Positions 11,782 to 21,968 of a stretch of 64,000 nt of DNA are shown piece by piece. Source of the DNA: Lobosporangium transversale. Its lineage: Eukaryota. How positions within the stretch are numbered: the first letter of the stretch is position 1; every line of letters begins with the position of its first letter. Under the pieces are notes generated by a model. It did not search any database and was not told where the DNA came from. It saw only the letters and a list, made by a program, of their open reading frames with translations. The stretch covers positions 248,001 to 312,000 of the forward strand of contig NW_019029009.1 of the NCBI RefSeq assembly GCF_002105155.1, in the 5' to 3' direction. Made by a program: the position numbers and the translations under genes.

Positions 11782-13489
11782 ATGCGGTCAACACATAAGT
11801 TTCATGAAAAGACATTTACAAAGCTTACCTATTGTGACTACTGTACTAAGGTCCGACACTCTATACGTTCAGATTTTGTGCCACTTGGTTAGAAAAATAG
11901 TCACTGATTCAAAATGAGAGTATCGCGCTGACAAAGAAGCCAATTTCTTTTCACTTTTTTTACTATCATAGCTTTTATGGGGTGTAGCCAAGCAAGGAGT
12001 GTCATGCGAAGGCAAGTAATCGATCTACTACTTTTTTAAAAAATAAAAATAAAAATAAAAAAACTAACCTTGCTTTCACTATTATGTACTATTATGTTAA
12101 ACACTTAGGATGTCATTTCAATTGCCATAAGAAATGCTCCGAACTCGTCTATGATAACTGTATCCGGCCTATGTATGCTCCTGCTAGAGATGACTTGCAG
12201 CGGTCTATGACGGTTCAGACCGGGAGAACAGGAGACTCAAAGTCCACCAGCACCGTCATTACCAAGAAAGCACCATCACGTCGCCGCAATAGCGAAGGCA
12301 CGCACGCCTCCATCCCTCCAGCGATTGTTTCGTCTTCACAACCAATGCAGAGCTTGGTAGAAAAGAAATATCCGCGACGGTCAGAAGAGTTAGTGCGAAC
12401 ACAGGATAAGGATAAAGGCGATAAGGCTGAACCGCAGCAACAGCAACAGCGAGATAGAGCATCTTCCCCAGAGCCCGGACGAACTAGCTTCTTGGAGGAT
12501 GCAATTATATCCGCAGCAATCCGTATGACATTCCCAGCAGACATTTCGGCTTTGCCCAAGAATGAACACCCACCATTGACGATACAAGCAACAACAATCA
12601 ACTTTACAAAATTTGTGCAGAAGACGACACCGGTGTTCTGGTTTCAAGATCGGGTGGAAGATATATTCATGTGGAAGGATCCATGGAACACCATGCTTGT
12701 TTTAGTTATCTACTGCTTTATCTGTAAGGTGGAGGCGGACTGGAAGAAGTAGAGAGTTTCAAGGCCCTCTTTTCTTTTTCTTTCTTTTTTTTTACGCAAA
12801 ATTCAGTGGCTAAAGTGCTTCTGGCTTTTTTTTTTTTTTTTTTTCACTATTTTATAGGTATTTATCCTATTCTGCTGTTCTTAATGCCTCAGACAATCAT
12901 GGCAATTACCATGATTTACTTTTTCCAACAAAAGTCAGCTCGACAACAGCAGAAGATCTTGGGGATTAAACCTCCTGGTAGCAGCGTCCACTTAATTTCA
13001 CAACAGCAACAGCTCTCGCCTGAGGAAGCTTATATTGAAGCGCAAGAGAAACGCCATCACAATCGCTACCACGTTTACCACGATGAAGACTATCTTGAAC
13101 AAGACTCATCCTCTGATGATGAAGAAGAACGTCAGTCCACAAGCATGCAATACCTAAGCAACATGCAACATATTCAAAACATGATGGGTGATTATACGGA
13201 TGCACACGATGCGCTCCGTTTGCTCTTCAAACATTTAGATTGGAGCGATGAAGCCGAAGCAATTGCAATCGTTCAGGGAATTATTGTGGCGTTTGTAGGC
13301 ATGTCACTTATTATGTGGTTTGTGCCTTGGAGATGGGTCTTCATGGTTGGAGGCGCCTCAGCCATGTTGGCAAATAGCCCTTGGGGCAAAATTATTGTCA
13401 AGGAATGCATTCCCCTATCCAAGGATTTATCTGCCTGGGCTAAAGTTCAAGCACAAGCTTACAAGCAGAAACATCTACAAGAGTCATAA
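11782..13489 (+). CDS. C1 (DAG/phorbol-binding type zinc finger) domain plus Pex24/Pex28/Pex29-like peroxin membrane domain protein
   Basis: Exons 1-3 splice to HKFHEKTFTKLTYCDYCTKLLWGVAKQGVSCEGCHFNCHKKC (C1 consensus). Later PVFWFQDRVEDIFMWKDPWNT, YLSNMQHIQNMMG, LDWSD and PWRWVFMVGG..LANSPW are characteristic of the Pex23/24 family membrane domain. Confidence 0.75.
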
Positions 13490-13630
13490 GATGTCTGAAG
13501 ATAGAGATCACGCTCTGTCAAGTCACCGTTGTTTTTTCATGTGGTCGTCGTTGTTTTTTATCAGATCGCTATTTTTATCTGTCTAGTCACTATCGCATTC
13601 GAGAAAGGGAACTCAATCTGGCACAAAATG

Positions 13631-13631
<1 letters not shown>

Positions 13632-13664
<33 letters not shown>

Positions 13665-13970
13665 ATAACAAGAACCCACAGCGTCATGGGATTAATTTTT
13701 TACCTCTATTAACAAAATATCCAGACACTATGGTCAATAAATAAATGCTTTTGTACAAACAGCTAGAGCCACTGCATCCATGACATCATAAATCCTAACC
13801 GTCATGGTTAATACTCAAAGTCCATCTTTCCGACGTGGCCTGTTGCGCTACATGACAAATCATCCGCAATCCACAGTCATCCTAAGCTTTTTTTTTTTTT
13901 TTTTTTTTTGATAACAAGGATCCACGGATTTCATTCCACCTTATCATGTTTAGCTAAGTCTTTCCAAGCG
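13632..13970 (-). mobile_element. 5'-truncated non-LTR retrotransposon copy A (poly(A) tail, 3' UTR and last codons of ORF)
   Basis: T-run 13632-13663 followed by GATAACAAG. 13664-13887 aligns by eye to 14653-14878 of the large copy, and homology resumes at about 13930 after a small insertion. Confidence 0.85.
13888..13929 (-). mobile_element. Minimal non-LTR insertion B (poly(A) plus about 20 nt of 3' end) nested in copy A
   Basis: T-run 13888-13909 plus GATAACAAGGATCCACGGAT interrupts copy A between ...CCTAAGC and TTCATTCCACC, which are contiguous in the large copy. Confidence 0.75.
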
Positions 13971-13998
13971 GCCGTAGCTGTACCCGCGGCTATATCGG

Positions 13999-14607
13999 TT
14001 TTTTTTTTTTTTTTTTTTTTCCTTAATAACAAGGGCCTATGAGGCCATGTAGAATCTAACAAGACGCTAGCTCTATAAATGAGTTGCTCCATTACTGGAG
14101 TCGCAAATAAAGCGGTATCCAATAATCGGCCGGAACCTTATCGTCATACTGCCACAGTACAACATCCTGTTCATAAACTACGTCAGCATTGAGTAGACTT
14201 CCTTAGTCCCTGGGGACTTGTGGCACGGCTCTACTCCCTACTTGGCCTGTTGTGCGCGAAAGCCATCTTCTAGCCGCAGTCCTCAGTCATCAAAAACGGC
14301 ACTCTCCCAGCCGTTCCATTACTATCAGTTCTAATTATTGCCGATAGCTCCCTACTACTCTTTGGTCAGCTTCCGACCTGATCGCTTTCACGTCAGCTGT
14401 GCGTCGTTGTCTCAGGGTAGGTCCTGGGAGATCACCTCTGCTGCGTCTGTGCTGCCCAACACAGGTGCATTCCCAGGCACGTTTGCTCACAGAGGTGATG
14501 CCTTTAGTTCTTTTCCAGTCGGCAGTGACTTTAAAGCGTCTGTTCCATATCTCAGTCCTTCCTATTTCCTCGATAGCTTTAATAAATCTGCAAACCACAT
14601 TGGCGCG
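13999..14607 (-). mobile_element. 5'-truncated non-LTR copy C (diverged subfamily)
   Basis: T-run 13999-14020, then ATAACAAG terminus and a distinct 3' UTR. 14270-14605 encodes RFIKAIEEIGRTEIWNRRFKVTADWKRTKGITSVSKRA, homologous to RFVKAIEEFGHTEIWNKRCKVTVEWEKTRGITATSKRA of the large copy. Confidence 0.85.
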
Positions 14608-14627
14608 AACAAGGACCCGCAGAGGTC

Positions 14628-17600
14628 TTTTTTTTTTTTTTTTTTTTTTTTTGATAACAAGGACCCTCAGGGTCATGGGATTTATTTTCTACACTCTATG
14701 AACAAAATGCTCCAGAAACTATAGTCAATGAACAGCTATTACTGCACAAACGACAAGAGCCGCTGTATCCATGATTTCATAAACCCTGACCGCCGTGGTT
14801 GGTACTCAAAGTCCACCTTTCCGACGTGGCCTGTTGCGCAACGCGACAAATTATCTGCTATCCATAGTCATCAAAAACTTCATTCCACCTAGCCGCTCCA
14901 TCACGTCCAGTTTGGTTTTCCCAAGGTAACTGTCCCGGACTCGGTCATCCGCGATCTTGTAGATCTCTTTTACATTCAGCTTCTGTCTTTGTCTGAGGGA
15001 AGGGACAAGGAAATCATTGCTACTACGTCTGTGCTCCCCAGCACAGTTGCGTCCTCTAGCGCGTTTGCTCGTAGCAGTGATTCCACGAGTCTTTTCCCAT
15101 TCAACGGTGACTTTACACCGTTTGTTCCAGATTTCTGTATGACCGAATTCTTCTATGGCCTTGACGAAGCGCCCTGCCATATATGTAGCTATCCTTGTTG
15201 TTGTCTTGAAGCCAACTTTCCAACTCTGAGCAATGGACTTGGGCGTAAGTCCATGGTAAATGTCCTGCACAGACCAATCTGGTGCGTGCTCTCTCTCTTC
15301 CTCATCATCGCCGTTCCTATCACCATGGCGTCGTACTTCTCGCACACCATCGATATGCATCTCCAGAGTTTTCCAAATGTAGTCCTCCTCTGCCGCAGTA
15401 AAAGTTGGCTCTTTTGTCCTTGGTGGGTCTACACCTCTCTCTCTGGCCCTTTGTGCTTGCTCCTGCACTGCTTTCAACTCTTTCCTCCATGTCCTCTCCT
15501 CTATCACATTCACATTTTGGATTATCTCCTTCCACTTCTCGGCCTGAGTCTCCATCGTCCTTGGACATCTCCAGATGTGCGATGTGTCTTCATCCTCTGT
15601 CCCACACACTCTGCAGTTGCCGTCTTCATAAAGGTCCGGCCTCCAGTGTCTCATATATGACTGTGTAGGCAACATTCCATGGAGTTTCTTGATTCTGTGC
15701 GCTCGCTTTTGGCAGTCCGCTGGGCTGGTGAAGAGTCCTTTCGGTAGGTTGCTATCATGAACAATGTTCATAGTAGCTCGCCAATCAATTTTTGTCCAAT
15801 CCTTAACATGCTCCTGCGTCCTGTTCTGAGCGATCCACGTGTGATGTGTACGAGTTGTTGACTGTAACTTAAGGATCTGCCTTAAGTCATCTTCCGCCGG
15901 TACACCGTTGAACTTTGCATGGCAGTACATGTCATTATGCTCCGTTATGTTGATATCCCATAGCTCGCCATAATGTCCATGTTTTGCTGCTTCGTCCGCT
16001 TCTTCGTTCCCTCGGTTGCCGGCATGTCCTTTGACCCACTCGACCGTGACTTCCGATCCTTGTTGAATAAATGCGTTGTGTATAGCTGCCCACCATACTG
16101 CATACGGTGATCTAATACGTTGTCGCAACGTGCTATCCACTCTGTCTCGGACCAATGCTCGGAATTGAGTTACAACTGCGCTGTTATCAAGTCGGATTGT
16201 CATAGGTCTATTTCGTGGGCTGATAAGTATTCCTGCCAACAAACCAGCTAGCTCTGCCTTTGTCGAGGATGCGTTGCCTGCTACTCTACCAGATAGCGCA
16301 GTGTAAAACTCACCCTCTTGTGTCTGGACTACCACACCAAATGCCATACTTACTCTTTCAGTGCCAATATCTTTGAGAGATCCATCCGTATAAATGACAT
16401 TACCCGGCTGGGTATTGTACCGTCCCCTTTGGCGTTGGATTTTCTCCTCGGTATTGGCACTAATGATAACTCCATTTGTGTCCCTGGCTAGGCCTCTGTT
16501 GACTTCAGGGATCACTTTTAGGCACGGTGTCTCGTTGGAATCCAGGTCGACTTTTGCTCTCCTTAGCAGAGCTTGCTCGCTCAGACCCTCATATCTCCTT
16601 GTGTTCTGGGTCCGGCGTCTCCTCGCTTCTTCGCGGGCTCGCATGCGTTCACCATGCCTTCGCTCTCGGTCCTGGTGGCGCTCTGCTCTTCTGACAATGG
16701 CATCTAACTTTGCTCTTTGTCGCCTAAGGTTATGTTCTCTGGTTGCTCTGCGCGCCTCTTTCATAACAGCTTCTCGTCTCTTTTTCCGCTCCTTCTGTTG
16801 ATCCAGAATCCACTTCATTCCAAATGGTGGCTCAACAGCTTGATTAGCCGGTGATACTGTCAAGGTTCTGTTCGCTGCCTCATCCTTTATGAATTGGTTG
16901 AGTGCACGAATCGCTTCTCGATCTTCGTCTTCCGTATCCCCGTCTACCGAGCTGACATGACTACTGTCGCTGTTGCTGTCATCATCACTGACGTCTAAGA
17001 GTGCCAGTTTCCTCCTGTTCCATTCTCTTGCATGCCTACTCACATAATCGTTGTCGAAGCAAAAGTTTTGAAGTTGGTTGAACCAGAATGGTGAAACTTT
17101 AGGCCCTCCGTAACGGGTCCTGAATGCGTGCCATGAGATCATGTCCTCCTTATCATCCGTAAGTATTTGATCCACAAAGTATACCATACGCTTGGTGAGC
17201 GCCTTCCATACGTGTGGTAATTCTCCGTTTAGCCATTTCCATGTCGAGAGAGCGTTGTGTGGGAGACCAAATTCGGCTGCGATCGATAGGTCGAAAGTAA
17301 TGTTACGATTCTTCATTTCTTCACAAACATTCGATATAAAGTTGTGGCGATACTTTTTGACACGATGTGGCTCCAAAGTTGGCGAGACTTCCATCTTATT
17401 CCTGTGCTGCAGCATCAGTACTCGTGTCCGAAGGGCCCTCAGGGTGTTGCTGTGACCCAAACACCAAGGATCCGTACCGATTCATTCTTTTCCACTGGTC
17501 GGATCTCTTCTGTAGGTGTCCCAAATTTCAGCGTGCTCCTCCTATCCTGCTTGCTGTTGATACAGATGACCTGCGTTTTCTTGGCGTTCACTTCCACCCC

Positions 17601-17633
17601 GTTAAGAATGAAGAATGTTTGGCACTTTGTCCA
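14628..17633 (-). mobile_element. 3 kb 5'-truncated non-LTR retrotransposon (copy E) with RNase H
   Basis: Poly(A) tail (T-run 14628-14652), roughly 200 nt 3' UTR and an intronless ORF. The 5' end breaks inside the C-terminal part of the RT domain near 17633. Confidence 0.9.
14851..17630 (-). pseudogene. ORF2 remnant: RT C-terminal subdomains, charged linker, RNase H, CCHC zinc finger
   Basis: 17456-17630 reads KCQTFFILNGVEVNAKKT...VRILGVW (late RT subdomains) and frameshifts into the 869-aa ORF. That ORF has RNase H (VIYTDGS, AELAGLL, LDNSAVV, WVKGHAGNRGNEEAD; about 15975-16400) and CRVC..EDTSHIWRC (about 15565-15617). Confidence 0.88.
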
Positions 17634-17866
17634 TTTATGAAATTATCTCTTGGCACTTCGTCCAACTTTTTATTATCATTTTGTTCATTTTTTGTCAATC
17701 TTTGGGATCATTAATAGATCTTTCCACGTCAAATTGTCGTAGAGCATCTACTAGTGATCTCTGGAAACTAGTAGGTAATGATGAAAAATGAAGAATTGGG
17801 CAAGAGCCTCGTGGTTTTGGGATACGATAGTGATCCTAAGTAATGCTTTGAATGATTTTGAGGATG

Positions 17867-17990
17867 CTGCAAAAGGGCATCGATAATAAGAAGAGAGATC
17901 TTTAATAACTGCTAATTTTCTGAGAATTCATAATGAGAATAATGAAGATAAACTCACCTGCAAAAGGGCATCGATAATAAGAAGAGAGAT
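17867..17990. repeat. Perfect 33-bp direct repeat pair
   Basis: CTGCAAAAGGGCATCGATAATAAGAAGAGAGAT at 17867-17899 and 17958-17990, with a 58-bp spacer. Confidence 0.9.
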
Positions 17991-18131
17991 GCCGTTTTTG
18001 CAGTGAAGGAAAAAGCTACTTAAATACTATTTAAAAATGGTAGAAAATAGGATGATAGGAAATAAATAAATTGAAAGGAAATACATATTTAGGTAAATCA
18101 ATAGGCGTCATTTACGACAAAATTAAGGAAA

Positions 18132-18202
18132 GCGTGGTTGGTTTAGTGGTATAATTACCGCCTGCCACGCGGTAGACCCGGGTTCGATTCCCGGACCACG
18201 CA
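18132..18202 (+). tRNA. tRNA-Gly (anticodon GCC)
   Basis: Acceptor stem GCGTGGT/ACCACGC, D arm with TAGTGG, anticodon arm ACCGC-CTGCCAC-GCGGT, T arm CCGGG-TTCGATT-CCCGG; 71 nt; TTTT at 18205-18208. Confidence 0.96.
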
Positions 18203-18205
18203 TCT

Positions 18206-18895
18206 TTTGGACTAATCTATTTGGCAGCCCATTCCAAATATCGTAATTTTTGCTTCTATTTGCCGGCCTACTTCTGGGGGCTGCTGCCACTTAACTTCGC
18301 ACTCTTGGGTGGCAGCTGGGCTGCCAAATACAGTCTTTTTCTTTTTCTTTTTTTTTTTTGATAACAGGGTCATAACGTCAGCAGTGGTAAAACAAGCAGC
18401 GTTCTGTAGATACATTGCCTTGCACAGCTAATGCCGCCGGAGGTACTAAGGGCAGCGGCGATGACATCTTCACAAAACAGCCTTCAATGTACACGGTTAG
18501 AGAATGATTTATTGAAGACGTCTAGGTAGTAGGTGAGACGCGTTTGCTCCGAGCGAAAACCTCTCATAGGCATTGATCTCCAAATGGCACCTCCAAAACT
18601 GTATGAGCGACCTACTTGAAAAAAAAAGTCATTAGTTTTCTAAATGAGACAAGACAATGTCACTACACATAACTATGACGTAGAAGACGGGAGCTTTATT
18701 AATTTGAAGTATGAGCGTTATAAACATGTACGGTTCCTAGGAATGAAAAAAAAAAAAAAAAAAATAGTTAGAGGCCAAATAACGCTGGGTAGGCTGCCAA
18801 GTAAATAATGAATGTTATTTGGCAACTGGGCTGCCAAAGAGAGTCTTAAAAGTTGACTATATTTGGCAATGGGCTGCCAAATAGATTAATCCAAA
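18206..18895. mobile_element. Non-autonomous TIR DNA element (MITE-like)
   Basis: 18206-18241 TTTGGACTAATCTATTTGGCAGCCCATT-CCAAATAT is the inverted complement of 18859-18895 (one mismatch, one indel). Internal GGCTGCCAA repeats near 18319, 18792 and 18829. No clear TSD. Confidence 0.75.
18336..18373 (-). mobile_element. Minimal non-LTR 3' end inserted in the TIR element
   Basis: T-rich run 18336-18359 followed by GATAACAGGGTCAT, i.e. the family terminus GATAACAAGGACCCTCAGGGTCAT with 10 nt missing. Confidence 0.55.
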
Positions 18896-18897
18896 GA

Positions 18898-20121
18898 TAT
18901 TTGCACTGGGGTCTTTTTTTATTTGTACGCGGGGTCTTTATTTCAGTCTTAAATACCACTACCAGGAAGCAGAGTCGATACCCAAGCATCAAATACTGAC
19001 CAGAATATTTATCTTATCAAGGTCGTACGTAGCTCAGAGTAGATTGATATTCTTTATGCGACTCTGGGACATCCTCTCGCCCGTTTGTAACTCGAGAGAT
19101 TACTTATCTTTTGATAGTTGGTGACAGTTCGCACTCAAAGCCGATCGTGCCACAATTACCTATATCTCTATATCTAAATAGCTAAAATACTTTAATAGCA
19201 CAACCGTGACTAATAGTGATAGAAAAAAGGCATAAATACTCTTTTCTGTTACGTTGATAAAGATCCTCATTACATCCCAAGTTTGATATCATGTTCAATC
19301 AGGGTTGATTTTTCACCAATAATAGCCAGAACTTGCGTTGGGTCGTCTTTAGCACGCAGTGTCGCATACTCATCAGCACATGACTAGCTTCATATTGTAC
19401 AATCACCTGAAAGAAAGTTTGGTCAAAAAAATTAAATTTTGAAATGGTTATGAAGAGAAGCACTGTCTTCAATCCTATTTCTTGCCGTTTTCCCTCAGCA
19501 TGTACTGCCCAAAACTTCAGTCATTATCCACATTGGCCTCATTAATAAAAGCGTAAATTCCATCTTGGTTAGTGAAGTATTTTGTATGTCACAAATGAGC
19601 TGTTTGTCAGAGATTCAAAAAATAATAATAATAATAATAATAAATAACCCACTTTGACCAGACTTTATTTCGGGTGACTGTAGAGCGGAATAGAGCGTGA
19701 AAAATATTTTGTAGATGGGTCCACACACCATACCCATGGGGTATTTATTCATTTTCTGGTAGAGGGACTTATACCAGGTAACTACATATCTATCTGTAGG
19801 ATGATATTGGTTCGTTCTAAAAGCTTTATATCAAAGATTTGTCGCGTCTTTGTGTGGCGTGTTATTGCCATTAATTTCTACTGCTAATCTTTATATCGCA
19901 TTAGTGTTTTTTACTCATAATATTGCATAGTGTGGAATATGCAACAGAGCGCGATGAGTATCACAGCTCCCACGGCGCTGCAACTCCCAACAGTAATAAT
20001 TCCAGAGTCCCTCTACTCTAGACTGACCTTCGCTTATTTCCTTCGAAATAAAAAGCTAATCATGTAGTCTGGAGGATACACGTTGCTGCTTGTAGATGAT
20101 ATAGAGACCCCCGTGCAAATA
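18898..20121. repeat. 17-bp inverted repeat pair, possible transposon ends
   Basis: TATTTGCACTGGGGTCT (18898-18914) versus the reverse complement of 20105-20121, TATTTGCACGGGGGTCT (16/17). A degenerate third copy lies at 18920-18937. Confidence 0.55.
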
Positions 20122-20248
20122 ACTTCAACCCTCCTAAAAAGAGCTTACATCGTGCTCAACCGAGTACGTATCTTTCTTTTTTATTTTCTATTACTTTCTT
20201 GCTTTATTGCCTCTTAAATTAAGTAGAAATTGATAATTCGAATATAAT

Positions 20249-20730
20249 CTATCCATAGCTGTTATCGCAGGCCAGACTTGGATCGTAACATGAGATTGGT
20301 GCGGGTATGGGTATAGCAACAGCCAAGGTCAAGAAGACCCTGGCAAAGCAGAAGCAAATGCAAGTGAGGATTGCAGATGCAAGTGCTCGATAAATCAATG
20401 GTCGCTTATTGGACGTCGACATGGATAGATTTTGATCAAGGGACTTGTAGAATTGTAATGTCTGCAGGAAAAAAAAAATAAAAAAGTGGACTTGTTGTAG
20501 CAGTGTCTTGATCAAAAGACGTCAATGAGAAGAAGTGAGTTGAATATGCTCCAGGTCTTCATGTCAGTATTTATCCTTAAAAAAATGATGACAAGCGGGC
20601 CAAGTCTAAGCAATCCACCAATAAGATCTACAATGGTGCTCAACAAAAAGGAAGGAGAGCCAGGGGTAGCGTTGTGGGTTCGCTCATTCGCTCTTCGCTC
20701 CAATGGAAGAAAAGCGCGATCTGTGCTCAT
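20249..20730 (-). other. Possible small hydrophobic hypothetical gene or remnant
   Basis: Two adjacent short ORFs with hydrophobic stretches and acceptor-like TTT...CAG sites near 20463 and 20750. No recognisable family and no clean splice model. Confidence 0.2.
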
Positions 20731-20749
20731 TCCCTCACCTCTCGCTTCC

Positions 20750-20786
<37 letters not shown>

Positions 20787-21505
20787 TAATGGAAAGTTAA
20801 GAAGCTCATGGCTCCTGCTTCAACTTAGCTACTTAGTTGTTTAGAAGAATGAGCCTTCAATGAAATTGAGTGGTGGTATAAAGAAGCAATTGGTTTCATT
20901 CCTTGTCCTTTCCTTTCACTAGTGGCTATTTTTTAATTTGTTTTTTCCTGCAACCAATGAAATTTAATAAATAAATAATAGTTACAGGATGCAGAGACGT
21001 ACTACGCCTTTTTATTATGCAATGTAAATATCAATATGTCAAAAACCAATGTGTCAATTCAGAGGAGAAATGGAAGGGGTGGGATTGAATGAGATCAAGT
21101 CGTGATTTTATGGAGTTAGAGTAGGTGGCGGGAAAGGGAGAGAAAAGGCGCGCTAGGGAAATTATAAACGCGTCCACCACGATTTTAGGAAATTCTAATA
21201 TTATAGCATGAGCTGGGAAAAAAGAAAAACTTCCTTTCGGGCTCATCTATTCTTTCTTTCTTCTCTTCACATCTCACGCATTCAATATAAGGAACGAATC
21301 GGCCATTTCCCCTTTACCTGGACAACGGAGTTAACACCATTGCACCATATAACACTTGCTTATCTGAGGACAAAGCAATTGGAGGCCAGGAATATTAATT
21401 ACATTAAGCATCTTATATCAAGTCTCTGATAACCGAGAATCCTTTATTTTTAATCAACCGGTACTATCGTCCTTGTATTTGGAAATAAAGAAGGAAAGAG
21501 CCTTT

Positions 21506-21935
21506 ATGGACAGATTGCAGCCACGAAACCCAAAGACAAGGGTTTTCCTTTCTTATGCATTTGACTGGATATTCTGTGCGATCCTTTTGGCCCTGTTCTT
21601 TTTACTGGATCGAGTGGAGCCATTTCATCGTGAGTTCTCAGTCGAGGACAGAGCCATTATGTTTCCATACGAGCCTAAGGAAACAATCGCTGTATGGGCA
21701 GTAGTCTTAATTACAGGTGTCTTTCCCTTAGTAGTAATTTTGGTTGTGGGGTTAGGGATAAGACGGAGTCCGTATGATTTCCATAATGGGATCTTGGGGC
21801 TGCTGTTGTCTATTTTGATGACCACCATGTTCACTCAAGCCATGAAGGTATTAAAAAAAAGTAAAGTGCTGCATATCCAGGCCATATTCCTATTAGCATT
21901 GAATTAAAAAAGATTTAATATCGCCAAATACTTGA

Positions 21936-21968
<33 letters not shown>

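Noticed and set aside
17431..17446. AAGGGCCCTCAGGGTG resembling the 3' terminal hairpin, as a possible TSD or LTR
   Set aside because: It lies inside the coding region and element homology continues to about 17633; treated as coincidence.
14989..17714. Plus-strand ORFs overlapping the retroelement
   Set aside because: Antisense shadows of ORF2 with no independent motifs.
17867..17990. 33-bp repeat, spacer, repeat as a minimal CRISPR array
   Set aside because: Only two units, a 58-bp spacer, no palindromic repeat, no cas genes, and eukaryotic context.
19340..19385. Hammerhead ribozyme-like core on the minus strand (CTGATGA plus stem)
   Set aside because: The required GAAA reads TAAA, and I could not form stems I and III.
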